DNA from: Octopus bimaculoides
Lineage: Eukaryota
Length of the DNA stretch: 64,000 nt
Direction: 5' to 3'
Assembly: GCF_001194135.2 (NCBI RefSeq)
Contig: NC_068985.1
Span: 27,212,868-27,276,867, forward strand
This document shows, in pieces, positions 10,331 to 22,519 of the stretch. The position numbers and the translations under genes are program-made. The notes under the pieces are model-generated. The model worked only from the letters and a program-made list of their open reading frames with translations. It was not told the DNA's origin and did no database searches. Each line of letters starts with the position of its first letter. Position 1 is the stretch's first letter.

Positions 10331-12849
10331 CAACATTTACGAAGTACGGCTGGTAATGACATTAGAATACGAGAATAAAGAGATAAATGAAACGAGAGAA
10401 ACGGCGAAAGACAAAGAAAAATAAATCATACATGACATACAAAGAGACAGAATATGTGTGTGTGTGTGAGCTAAGATGAACAAAAAAAAATTGAAAGAAT
10501 CACAATAGCTATAATATAAGAGTTATCTATATACATTTAACCAAGTTACATTATATTAACAAACAAATAAACAAATGTTTGTAGTGAAAAATCAGATGTT
10601 TTCTACATGCAGATAGTCAACGATAAAAAAGCTTATATCATCCATCAATCGAGCAAATTAGAAATGACATAAGGGGTCGAATGTTTACCAAAATCACTGG
10701 TAAACAAATAACTGTGGAACTTGTTGAGAATTAAAAACCCGATGACTGTGTCACCCGTAAAGTGAAAATCGATTTTTGATTTACATCATTTCCAACCCAC
10801 CCAGACAGACAATTAACCGACTCAGTAGACCGGCTAACTGTTAACACAACACAAAACCAGCTGAGATATGAAAGTAAAAAAAAAAAAAAAAAAAAAAAAT
10901 TGCGTTTGTGGTTGTAATGACGATGTTTTTATTAAGAATGGCACCCCATGGACAGCGACTGGATTGTAGTCATCTGCAATATGCCTTTGCAACTAACTAC
11001 TTATACATAGTCTATCTATCTATCTAAAACGTGCATTTTTTGAGTTCTCTTTAAATTGAAAAAGCAGGAGTTTAAGTGAACTTAAAATCCTGTTTGGAAT
11101 CACATATAATATATATATATATGCATGCGTGTGTTAAAAAATTATTTAAGTGGAATTCTTGAAATTAAAACAAATTTCAACAGGTTCATTCGGCTAATAT
11201 AAACTATATTTAATATGAAACCGAAACGAAATGCGATAGTAAACAAAAAGCAAATGATCAGGGAAACTAAAGATAAACACAACAACATGGGGACATTATT
11301 TCTAACACTGATTTAATACACCATTTGCACTTCTTTCTTCAAAAGGTGTATAATGACTATTTGTGTGATGTACCATTAATAGAAGAAACAAGTGGTTACA
11401 TGGTTCTATGTTAAGAAAACTTCAGTACCGTCCTATCGAACCAGCTAAGCATTTTACGTAATTAAACAACAATGCAGAAGGCTTTTGTTATGTGAGAAAT
11501 TATCTGTGTTGCTGGTGTATGTAATGTATTAAAATAATAGTAGTCTCCACCGTCACCCTGTCCAAGTGGACTAACAGCACAAACACATCAACAAAAGGCA
11601 ATGGTATATTTGGTCTTCGAATAGTTTCATAATATACGAAGAAGAAAAAAAAATAATTCAAAATGGAATAACAAAAGATTTGCATTTACTCTATACCGGA
11701 GAACAATGGAATAGGATTCATGTAGCTTTGTTATTGTTAGCTTGGTAAGATTTCTCAAGGAAAGTTCACATTTTGTTTAGAAAACAATTACTTGTTCATA
11801 TAGGAAACAGGAATGTAAAAAAAAAATTCTTCTATATGTCTAAAAAAAAAAAAAAACCCAACAAAACAACTAGCTATAATACTAATACATTGCAAAATCA
11901 GGAGTCGAATTTTTAATAGTTTATTTTTCTTTTACCTTCTGAAAATATAGGGTCATACAGAAGATGAATTTTAATTTGAAACCACTTTGCAGTGTACATG
12001 TTCTATGGCACAGACTTGTCAACGAGGGAGATACTTTAATTAAATCTGGAATCATATTTTAGAAGTTACTATCTTCATGGACTTAAACATCAGTATATAA
12101 GGAAATTTATCTCAAAATGGAAACTTTTAGAAAGTAAGATCCAGTTAAACTGAAGAAGGATTTAAACAATATTTTCATTTAATAATAATTTTTTTTTGCT
12201 CCAAACTTTTTAGAAAGAAAGCAAAACCGAAAATAAAAAGAGTAGATCATCTGCTGTTTGACATTCTCCTCTTAAAAGGTTCCAAATTTTATCTGGAACA
12301 CAGAATGTGAAATAGTTCATTTATAGAACTCCATACAAATTATACAGTAACACTACCATTTAAAAACCCAAGTTTAACTATCTGCAGAGATTTCATCTAA
12401 AATGTTTACATTTACAACACAAAATAGTATTGAGGACATTGATCTTTTTATGGAACTAAAGACCAGTGTGCTTTAACCAATTTCCTACAGTAACCGAATC
12501 TGCTTCCATAGCAAAACTATGTCACCGAAATATTAGATTGCATATGCAACACCCCATCATAAACTGCTACCAGCACTAGATAGAACATCAAACAATGTCT
12601 TCCATATTTCTTCTATATTGTTACTTCTGGAACTTAATGAAGAGTTCAGTGAATTATATAGTATTGAGTTGGATTCACTTTCACACTTAACATTAAAAGG
12701 TTAATAGTTAATGTTTGAGAAACCATTATGAAGTATTAAAAACAATCCCAACTCTTGTACTTTTAAGAAAATGTCAACCTGCACTTTTTTTTTTATTGTT
12801 GTTGCAGCTTTACACGCAAGCATGTGAAGGATAGTTTTTGTTGCAGCAT

Positions 12850-13060
12850 TTGCTTAACAGCCGAATGGCTTTCCCCACAGCTAACCAACCAACTGTGAGA
12901 TAAGAGGGTAAGAAAACCTGTTGTCATTCAGACAAACTGAAGCATGCAGAGTTATGCCTACCTCAAAGGCATAACTCAATGAACAGCAACAAGATTTGAA
13001 CAGAGGGTCAAGTTGATAGTCATCCAGCACCATAACTTCGTGGCCATTGGTGCTTCTTAA
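12850..13060 (-). mobile_element. Degenerate CORE-like SINE
   Basis: GAGTTATGCCT...AGGCATAAC core remnant followed by GATTTGAAC, the reverse complement of the tRNA B box. Confidence 0.55.
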
Positions 13061-13272
13061 ATGGAAACTTAAATTAATTGTGAGTCAAGTCTAGAAGTAG
13101 ATTCTTTAGGTCCAACACCACTTTCCTACTCCTAAAATAATAATAATAATAAAAAAAAGACTTGTATTATAGAAATGATTCATTAACATTTTTTCAGATT
13201 TATTCAAATGAAATTCATGGTAAATAAAAAAAAAACAAAAAAACATCCATTAGAATAGTGGAATAGGTCTGT

Positions 13273-13496
13273 AAGGCGGTGAGCTGGCAGAAACGTTACC
13301 ACGCCGGGCGAAATGCTTAGCGGTATTTTGTCTGTCGCTACGTTCTGAGTTCAAATTCCGCTGAGGTCAACTTTGCCTTTCATCCTTTTGGGGTCGATAA
13401 ATTAACTACCAGTTATGCACTGGGGTCGATATAAAACGCCTTAATCCGTTTGTTTGTCCCCTCTGTGTGTAGCCGCTTGTGGGCATTAACAAAATA
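13273..13496 (+). mobile_element. SINE family A copy, tail type 1, with 15-bp TSD
   Basis: GGAATAGGTCTGTAA (13260-13274) and GGAATAGATCTGTAA (13497-13511) flank the full-length element. Confidence 0.92.
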
Positions 13497-14544
13497 GGAA
13501 TAGATCTGTAACAAGTTAGATCTGTCTTTCTTCTAATTTGAGAAAATAGAAATTTTAAGATTTACTCCAAATAGATAAATATATAGAGAGAGTGTGAGAA
13601 AGTAAGGGGGAGGAAGAAACTGTTCAAAACTACCATCAGTATACTGGAAAATAACTCCGACCAACAACTGAAGCCCTTCCCCTCTTAGTTCAATAAAGTT
13701 CTTTTTTTTTATGAATGTAGGTAATAAAATTTATTTTTATATATACAAAATACATGTGTATAAGTTATAAGTCATTCTGCATTGCCAGCTAATAGTTTTA
13801 TTAATGAAATCAAGCATTCTTGATTCATACACTATTCCAGGCTAAATTGTGTACTACAAACTATACATTCTTGACATTCTGTGTTGATGGGACAGATATG
13901 GTAGCATGGCATTGAAGCAATTTTATGAATGTCTGCTGACTAATATTAGAGATATTTAGATCCTAAAAGAGGAATGGAACATTCAGCTGTGCTTTCAATT
14001 TATTTACTGAAAGATTTCAAACAGCTGACTATTTAGTTATTTGCTTATTTATTTTGATTTTCAAAGCAATTAAAAGTGCAGAGAGATTTTTGGATAAAAA
14101 TAAACCAAAATAATAATGATAATAAAAAAATCTGTGAAAAAAAAAAAAAAATAATATTCCAAACATAATTCAACATGTATTTTTCAATGTTGCAGCAGAA
14201 CTGGCTGAAAAAAAAAAAAAACTTAATCAAGAAAGCTGCTTGTGTGTGCGATTATTCATGTTATTATTTTAAATATTTTACTTGTTCAAGGCAGAGCTTC
14301 TCTCTATTTTATGATATATTATTACTACAGCAATTTTGGTTATCTAATAACTGGCAGTCAGAAAGTGCACACCTGCTACAGAAAAATGCACTGCATTGCA
14401 GCAAGTGAGAGTACCTGAGAGATCTTGTTATAATTAGCACAAACTGTGTTTTAAATAACAAAGATGTTTTAACTGAATAATCTTGACCAAAAACTTCAAG
14501 TTAATGCATGTGAGTGTTCAGTTATTTAATAATAAATTTTAAAT

Positions 14545-14815
14545 GGTTTCAGGTTCAAACAGACTTGGGAAAAAGTTTTAGCTCCAGACTGATCAATGTC
14601 TTGTGAGTGAATTTGGTAGATGGAGATTGCATGAATCTGGTGTGTGTGAATGTTATATTGTGTTTTGATGTGTAAAAATGCTGAGCTTAACAAACGTTGA
14701 TGTGTTTTGGCAGGTAACTACCAACAAATAGTCCTCCAGCTCTATACTTCCTCAGTAATATGTACCCAACTAACCCATGCTAGCATAGAAAAACAGACAT
14801 AAACGAAATTATGAA
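14545..14815 (+). mobile_element. Degenerate SINE with RTE-type tail
   Basis: GGTTCAAAC head remnant, GTGAGTGAATTTGGTAGATGG block and ACCCATGCTAGCATAGAAAA tail. Confidence 0.6.
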
Positions 14816-14939
14816 TCATTAACTTAAATAACACTCGGATTATTTACCCAAGATCTGATTTTCTTATTTAACAGACTATTTCTCACAAATTGGAGACGAC
14901 AACTTTTAAGAGCTTCTGCCTGTGCTATGTTCATTTTAA

Positions 14940-15060
14940 CCCTTTTGATACTGCCTTTGGTTCTATGATACAAGCTTCCTGTTTTACAGTGATCTAAAGT
15001 AAAATTTTCTATCAATATTCGAACACCAACTTAACAACAATCAAGTTATTTTAATAAAAA
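14940..15060 (+). mobile_element. Partial piggyBac-like MITE end
   Basis: Begins TTAA-CCCTTTTGATA, like the TTAA-CCCTTT terminus at 51653. The right end is not found. Confidence 0.35.
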
Positions 15061-16641
15061 AAAAAACCAAAACAGTCTGTTCACTGAGATTTTATCTCCC
15101 TTTACTTTATTCCGGGATCAACCAGAAATCCAACTTCAACAAAACAATGGTTTTTCTCAATTTTAATTCTGATTGATATCTTTTATTGTCTGGGTCTGGG
15201 TGGATTAGTAAATTTAGAAAACTGATATCATTTTCTACATGGTGATAAATTTCTACTTGCTAATGATTTTTGACTTATTAGTTTTTAGAGTATTCAAGTA
15301 ATTAATTTGACTTCATATTACTTCAACTTCGGATGTAAAAATCACAGGTTGCTAGCATACACAGAAATTTGGTCAGTTTCTCAAAACAAAATAAACCTTA
15401 TTTATATTGGATTTTAATGTTATTGAAGTAACCAAGTGCAAAACAAGAATTACACTTTTAAAACAAATACATATACAAATAACAAATTGGAGCCAACAAG
15501 GCAGAAAGTTGAGGAAGGTTAATATGACATCAGCAAATTAACTAGAAATCTATAAATCAATTTATAAGAACTACAACAAAAAACAGTTTACTTAAAATAA
15601 CTTTGTTTAAAAGAAGATAACTGAACGTGGCAAAATAAAAGTAATGGAAGCCAATGAATTGATCTGGAGTTTTTACAAATAGAAAGATCAATAGTTTAAT
15701 TTTAAGACTTATCATTAGCGTTGTGTTTTTTGGATCAGGAACAGTCTATCCATTGGAAGTAGTTTTAACTGTAGGACTGATGGGCTTGGTTGCACTGACA
15801 GTATTAATATAAACAAACAAGTATTTGCACTGAAAATCACAGTACATTCATTAGGAGAGGTAAATGTATTTCAGCAATGGTATAATTTTTCTATACTGTT
15901 GTCTGTAAAGCTAGCTAACAATGATTAACAAGAACCATAAGGAAAAGTAAATGACTGAACTAAAAGTTATTGTGTGAAGGGAAAGGAAAGAATAGAAGCA
16001 GAGGCTGTGAAATGACCACCTGTGTATACACAATTATATATCTTCTGACAGGGTCAACATACATCATTAAGTGGTAGATTTATTATTTCTTCCTTCATAA
16101 CATAATCTATGTGCTTCAATTAACTTTGAATGATGCTAGCACAATAACAATTTGTGTGTGTGTGTGTGATATTACTGGAAAAGCATGATTTGAAAGAATT
16201 TGGTAATGACTTATGAAAGAGGTTTCTTTTATTTTTATTTCGACAAAACCTTTCCGAGTTCTAATTGAGTTACTTCGGGCATAAGACAGATGATTAGCTT
16301 GCACTGGATGCACTAGATTTAAATAGGGTTTGTAACAACATTGCACTCAATAGGATTTCCCTGATTAAGTCAACTCATTTATTAGCCGAGACAGTGTAAG
16401 GGTGTCAACAGCAGCTATGTCATCCAAAGACTATAATTAAATTATACCAAACTGCTTATCATCCTTCAGATATAAAGTTCTTAAGATTATTTTAAGATAG
16501 CTCTTGAATACATGTACCACAAAGGTGTTAAAACATTTAGATAAAAACAAACACAATAAAGAGGAACTATTTGCATCTATTAATTTTTATGTCTCTAGTC
16601 ATCTACAAGCATATCTTTCTGATAATTCTACAAAGGACTAA

Positions 16642-17077
16642 GACAGTGAGCTGGCAGAATCGTTAGCATGCTGGGTGAAATGCTTAGCGACATTTCATCT
16701 GCTGCTACGTTATAAGTTCAATTTCCAATTGCTTTTCATCCTTTTGGGGTCGATGAAATAAGTACCAGTTGAGCAATGGAATCAATGTAATCAACTAACC
16801 CCCTTCCCCACAAATTTTCAAGACCTTGTGCCTAGAGTAGAAATAATTATTACATAATTTTAAAGGTGGAGAGTTGGCAGAAGCATTAGCATGCTGGGCA
16901 AAATGCTTAGCAATACTTAGTCTGTCCTTACGTTCTGAGTTCAAATTCTGCTGAGGTTGACTTTGCCTTTCATAATTTTGGGGTCGATAAATTAAGTACC
17001 AGTTGCATGCTGGGGGTCGATCTAATCAACTGGCCCCCTCCCGAAAAAGTTTGAGCCTTGTGCCTAGAGTAGAAAAG
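16642..17077 (+). mobile_element. SINE family A dimer (16642-16850 and 16862-17077), tail type 2, inside one 17-bp TSD
   Basis: ATTCTACAAAGGACTAA at 16625-16641 and 17078-17094. Confidence 0.9.
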
Positions 17078-17684
17078 ATTCTACAAAGGACTAAACAAAA
17101 CATATATAACAAGTGTCCATAGAGCTGCTAATTAATTTCACTTGAGCTATGAATTAAATGTAAGACAAATCTCCCATTAATGGGACATTTAGCCTACCAC
17201 AACTTTTCTACAGTTAAAACAATTCAAACAGGATCAAGCATTCTGAAAACTACTTCCATGAAACCAAGATCCATGGAATGTTTGCAAGAGATCCAAAAAT
17301 TTTTTGTAAAATTTCAACTTAAATATTACAACATAGAAAGGATGGTATTAAGGTCTCTTAAGAGTTTAAGCTTTGTATTTATTTTTTTCTATGAATGCTT
17401 TTGCAATAATTCTGCCTCATCTTAGTGTAGATTACCAGGTAAATCAATTACAAAGAATATCTTATCTATAACCCTCAATCAGTTAAATCACCTTGAAAAA
17501 TCACATTTTAAAGTTAGTTCCCAGAATATATATCGATAATTTGAATACAAAGTTTTGAGAAATTGTTGATATTATACACTTGCTTATATTTTCTATGGAA
17601 AAGGTAAAAAAACCTCAGAAACTCAAGTTGGTGTTGGAAAAACTAAATTTACGCTATTATCTATAATACATTCTGTACAATTAC

Positions 17685-17763
17685 CATAAACAGTTTGGTT
17701 CGAGCCAGTGATGTTCATGTCTACAACAGGTTTATTAGTGAATGAAAGAAGTACATGTTTAAG
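17685..17763 (-). CDS. Candidate internal exon LKHVLLSFTNKPVVDMNITGSNQTVY, phase 0 to 1
   Basis: Acceptor ACTTCTTGTCTAG, donor ATG/GTAATT and an open 79-nt frame that is phase-compatible with the 3503 exon. Short, so it may be chance. Confidence 0.25.
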
Positions 17764-17989
17764 CTAGACAAGAAGTATATGTTGCAATAAGCAAAACTGA
17801 AAGTAAAATTTATATCTATATTCTAAGCTATGATGATCAGAGTGTGATACTGAATCAGTGGGAAGAAGAACACAAGACAGTGACAATTGCATATATAATG
17901 ATTGCAGTGCATTTGGCCCTCACTGATATGGAGAACAATAATGCATGGAAATACTAGTCCAAGCAGAGAATGTATGGGAAAAAGTGAGA

Positions 17990-19170
17990 GCATTCTAAGT
18001 ATATCCAAGAGTAGGACAGCTATACAGTCAAAAGAACCATTAAGAATATGAAGATAAGGAAAGTGGTGAGTTTATCAGGGAAAGACACAAAAAAATTGAA
18101 AATATCCAGTGAAATAATATACACAAAAGTCAAATGAGATAATAGAGTGAGGTATTATTCTCAAAGTGGCAACTACAGGGGTAAAAGATCGATTACAGAA
18201 GCAACAAATTGATAAACCAATTCTAGTTCTCTAGGTCATAAAAAAGAAGTTGAAGCTATACACGAAAACTCCTGTAGATAGTGACAACCTAGTTCCCAGC
18301 CAAATAAGCCAGAAAATTAAGGGAGAAGTTCCAAACTGAATGCAGTGTCTACAAAGTAAACCTAGCAAAGAGAAAAAGGAATCTTAGTGGTATTTGGGAA
18401 ATGGCTATACCAGTTATACAAAAAGAAGTCTGTAGGAACTGTATACTATGCACCTAATACAAATTATGAGTAGAAAAAAAAATGAAGCAGCTTCATATAT
18501 AGGTCAACAGAAGACTCCATATGTAGCAAATGTGCAGAAGTTAGCAGTAAGAGCTCCCATGAAATGAATTCTTTCAATTACCCAGAAGGCTAGCTAGAAA
18601 TATCTGATGGCATCAGTTACCTAGGTGACCTGATTAATGGTGGATGTGGGTGTTATGAAAGCACAGTAAGCAGAATAAGGATGAGGTATTAAAAGTTCAA
18701 GGAACAACAAAGGGCTTGTTTTTTAGTGAAAGTTACACTGCATTATGCACCATGTAGAAAATGTGGTATTGTCATAGAGACACTGAATGTGGAGAATGTG
18801 TGAAGGATGGAAAGAGATGAAGCAACCATAATCTGCTGGCTATCTAATGTTAGTGAGCATGAACAATGGAGTACTGATGAGCTGAAAGAAAGAAAAAAAA
18901 TGGATTTAAGAGAAATCAGTCGTAGTGTGCAGAAGAGAAGACAGTGTTAGCAGAACAGGTCATGCACATGAAAGAGGACAATTGACTGAAGAAGTGCCAA
19001 GCAGTTTAAGTGAAGAGGAGGTTCAAGAAAGAAGGGGTGAAGGTTTATCTCAGGATACTGAATCTGACAAGAGCTTACAAGAAGTAGTGGGACACTTTGC
19101 TGAAAAAGATCTATTCAATCTGTGCATGAATGGATATATGATAATAATCAGACATCATGATGAAAGTAGT
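17990..19170 (+). mobile_element. Decayed RTE LINE (RT C-terminal half and 3' end)
   Basis: Residual SYLGD at 18616-18630, VSRIRM, STDELKE and VQKRRQC..GHAH motifs of the RTE clade. Many stops and frameshifts. Confidence 0.75.
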
Positions 19171-19429
19171 TAAGTAAACTGAGTTACAGTATAGAACATA
19201 CTTTAGCAAAATATATCTGAGATAAAAAATAGTTAATAAAATAATATACATTAGTCTGTGATTATAAAGTGAATTTAACAATTATGCTTCTTATCAGCTC
19301 TCCAAGAGTTTGAGAACATAAGCACACTTTTGAAGTATAGACACTTGTCTAATTTACTGTGGGAAAAAATGTAATAAGTTGCAGCAACAATAAAGCCGTT
19401 ATTTTCAAACATTTCAAATATGTCAAGAG

Positions 19430-19880
19430 GAGAAAGTGAATGTATGATGCTTGGGTATGAAGACTGATATTGCATGGTAGTAAAATAAGGGTACTGAATG
19501 TGGAGGGTGTTTGAATGCTTGAAAGAAGTGAAGCAAGCATGCTCAAATGGATGTATAATGTTAGTGGAAATGAATGATGAAGCACATATGTGCTATGGGA
19601 TAAAACTGGATGTACAAAGAATTAGATCTTGTGTGCTAGAGAGAAGACTGCATTGCTATGGACATGTGATTAGTATGGAAAATGACAAATTAGGTAAAAG
19701 TATCAAGAAGTTTGCCAATGCAGAAGATCAAAGAGGACATGATGAAAGCTAATCTCAAGAGGCTGAACCTTACAAAGATGACAAAAGACTATGGCAAATA
19801 GCAAGATGCTGTGCTTGAGTAAACCTGTCCAGCCCATGCAAGCATAGAATAGCAGTTGTAAAACAATGATTATAATTGTG
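19430..19880 (+). mobile_element. Second RTE LINE 3' fragment
   Basis: ORF 19498-19752 contains LDVQRIRSCVLERRLHCYGHVISM, the RTE RRLRWYGHV motif. Ends with CCCATGCAAGCAT. Confidence 0.78.
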
Positions 19881-20819
19881 AGCAATATCTGATTATATAA
19901 TTGACCAGGCTTATTTAGGACAGAAGGGGGAGCATCTTGAAAAGTTGAAATAAAACATGACACTACTTGTATAAACTAATCATAAAAAAAAAGTTTTCAC
20001 ATCATTGTATTTCCAATTTATGATGGTGAAGCAAATTTATTACAACTCTAAAAAGCAGCAACAGATATTAAAAATAAATTATTTATAATAATTTTCATCA
20101 CCACAAAAGTGCTTTTTTGTGTAAAGGATTTCATTACTGCAATTTTGTTTTGTATGGAAAATTACTTTATTTTCATACTAACCAAAATACTGGTTATCTG
20201 ATACAAAAATCATTAAATTAATATTAAAATTTAAACCTTCCATTATAATTATATTTACTTAAGAACCTTCTTTTGTTTCATTATGTTCCAAACACCAGGT
20301 TTAAAAATAAAAAGATTAGCTAACTTATTGAATCCTTTTAAATTGTTGACCGTTTTCAAAATTAACTAAAACACATTTACAGTATAATTTTAGAAATGTG
20401 GTTTCAAGAATCAAGAGATTTTATATTCTATCACTATTTATACATTATACCCCAAACAAAAACACTATACTTTCAGTGGTTCAACCCACCAGATGAATAT
20501 TGAATTCAAATCTTTCTTTGAGAAAATCCTAACATTCCTCTCCTAGCTATGAGAGGTTTCATAGCTGTATATCACACTTATATAGACCATCAGTATAGAG
20601 AAGAAACTGTGGTTTACACATATAATACCATATAGAGACATGTTATAAGTTATCCTCTGCAGTACCAGGAAATACAGTAACAATAACAAAAAGCAATTTT
20701 TGAAAAATATTAGTTTTTCCACAGATGCATAAATACTAGAACACTTTTATATATAGTTTGTATCCGTTTATGTCCCTGTTAAAATAAAAGAGATAAAAAA
20801 AAAAAGAGTTGGTTCATAT

Positions 20820-21650
20820 GAAATGCAGATTGATCATTGCTACTTGATGGCTGTCCTCGGAAGGTTTTGCTCTCATTTTCAAAGGCTGAATTGCATAACT
20901 GTTCATTGATATTTTCTAACTGGTCAGACAAAATGAAAACCTATTGAGACCATTTTGAATCATATATTTGGTCAGTCAAAAGATATCCTCTCTCTTTGTA
21001 CTGATTCTTGAGCCAAGGTGTCAAGGGGCATTCTTTCCAACACCATTACAGTGATGTCTGCATATGCTGCTGCTATGGTGGGAGACCTGTATTGGAATGT
21101 GCAGATGACATCACCATAGTGTCAAGCAACCAAACAGTCAGAATGATTGGTGCCATTCTAAAGGAATATGAGGCACTGGGAGGAGTAAAAATAAATCTTG
21201 ATAAATTGGTGGTCTTACAGCTCAGTATCTGAAGAGCCAAGTTCATGATGTCATCCTGTATTGTAGGGCACTGAACCACTGAACTAGTCAAATAGCTTGG
21301 GATCTAGATATCTAAATGGATGAAAACTGAGACAAGGTAACTAGTCTCTTTCAAAAATAAACTGAGAGGAAGTTATCACTAAAAGGTCAAGTATTTGGTC
21401 TCCTGTCCCTTGCCCAGTTTTTGACTGACCAGATTGTAGTGTGCACCCCACTTCTTTGCACAGAGGGCCTGGTATATTGTGGCTGATGTCTAGTTATATT
21501 TACAGTGATTCTTGGATGATTAACAAGCGTAGTCATTCTTAAATACATTTTTCCACAGCTTGTCTCTTTGACAGAGCTGCAGTCCTGGATCAAGTAAAGT
21601 ATCTGGCATCAGGAATGTTGTCAGGTACTCGTAGCTAGCAGTCAGGAATA
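20820..21650 (+). mobile_element. Decayed Tx1/L1-like reverse transcriptase fragment
   Basis: CADDITIVSS (YADD-like, 21098-21109) followed by ILKEYEALGGVKINLDK. An eroded QGCPLSPLL..LEP-like segment lies upstream. Confidence 0.65.
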
Positions 21651-22519
21651 TGGTTGGTGGAACATTCATATTAACATTCTATAGAATGTTAATGGTGAGA
21701 AGGTATGACAATGGTTCTCAGGGAAACTGGGAGTTGCTGACAGTGAACTAGTCTGTTTTTGGTGACTTTCCACTTGTGGACTATGGATAACTTCTAGAAA
21801 TCTCTGATATCAAAATAAAACTAGTAGGCTCTGCTGGTTTGAGGTAAACTCAATAGGTATGAGAGTGCCATCAACTGGGTTTGTCAAAAATGAAAGCAAA
21901 ATGATAGAACCACTCTGCACAGACTCATTCAGTGTCTGTGTATTGCAGAATTTGCTGAACAGCTGTTGTTATGTTTCGGACAGACCTGGCTGTTCATTGT
22001 GAAGTAGATCTTGCTATATGTTGGTTGGGAAGTGCAAGAAGTTTTCTTCTGTCCAGTGGCTATGGCAAAAGAAGGTTGTGAAGTGAAAGTAGCTGAAAGG
22101 AATGAAGACAGATACTCTTTCTCCAAAAAATTTATTGAAAGATAGGTGGGAATGGCAAACAAGTCCCAATTGAATATGCTTAATCTCAGAATGTGACTCT
22201 AGGTTACTGAATGTATTTGGGAAAGGCTACTTATCCTTCATAGAGTTATGTTTTATCTGTGGGATTTTGATAATGACCTTAGGTGATAATCCTCATCCTG
22301 GGACTTTAGAATATATTTTCATACTGTGGATGCAATAATTTTACTTCAGTTACTGCATAACCCTACCACATTTAGTAATCTGTCCATGTAGATTCATCCA
22401 TTATTCTTGTTGCAGTACTAAAAGTAAAGATTATTGTTATTGTTGTTTAGCACTGAATAAGCAGATCTATGACATTCCAACTGTGACTATCATGTCTTTC
22501 TTGGTATGTCTAGAAACAC

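Noticed and set aside
12949-12977. 11-bp hairpin GAGTTATGCCT-loop-AGGCATAACTC
   Set aside because: It coincides with the self-complementary core of a SINE and is too short for a pre-miRNA.
18876-18890. CTGATGAGCTGAAA as a hammerhead ribozyme core
   Set aside because: No room for stem II and no flanking stems. It is RTE coding sequence (TDELK).
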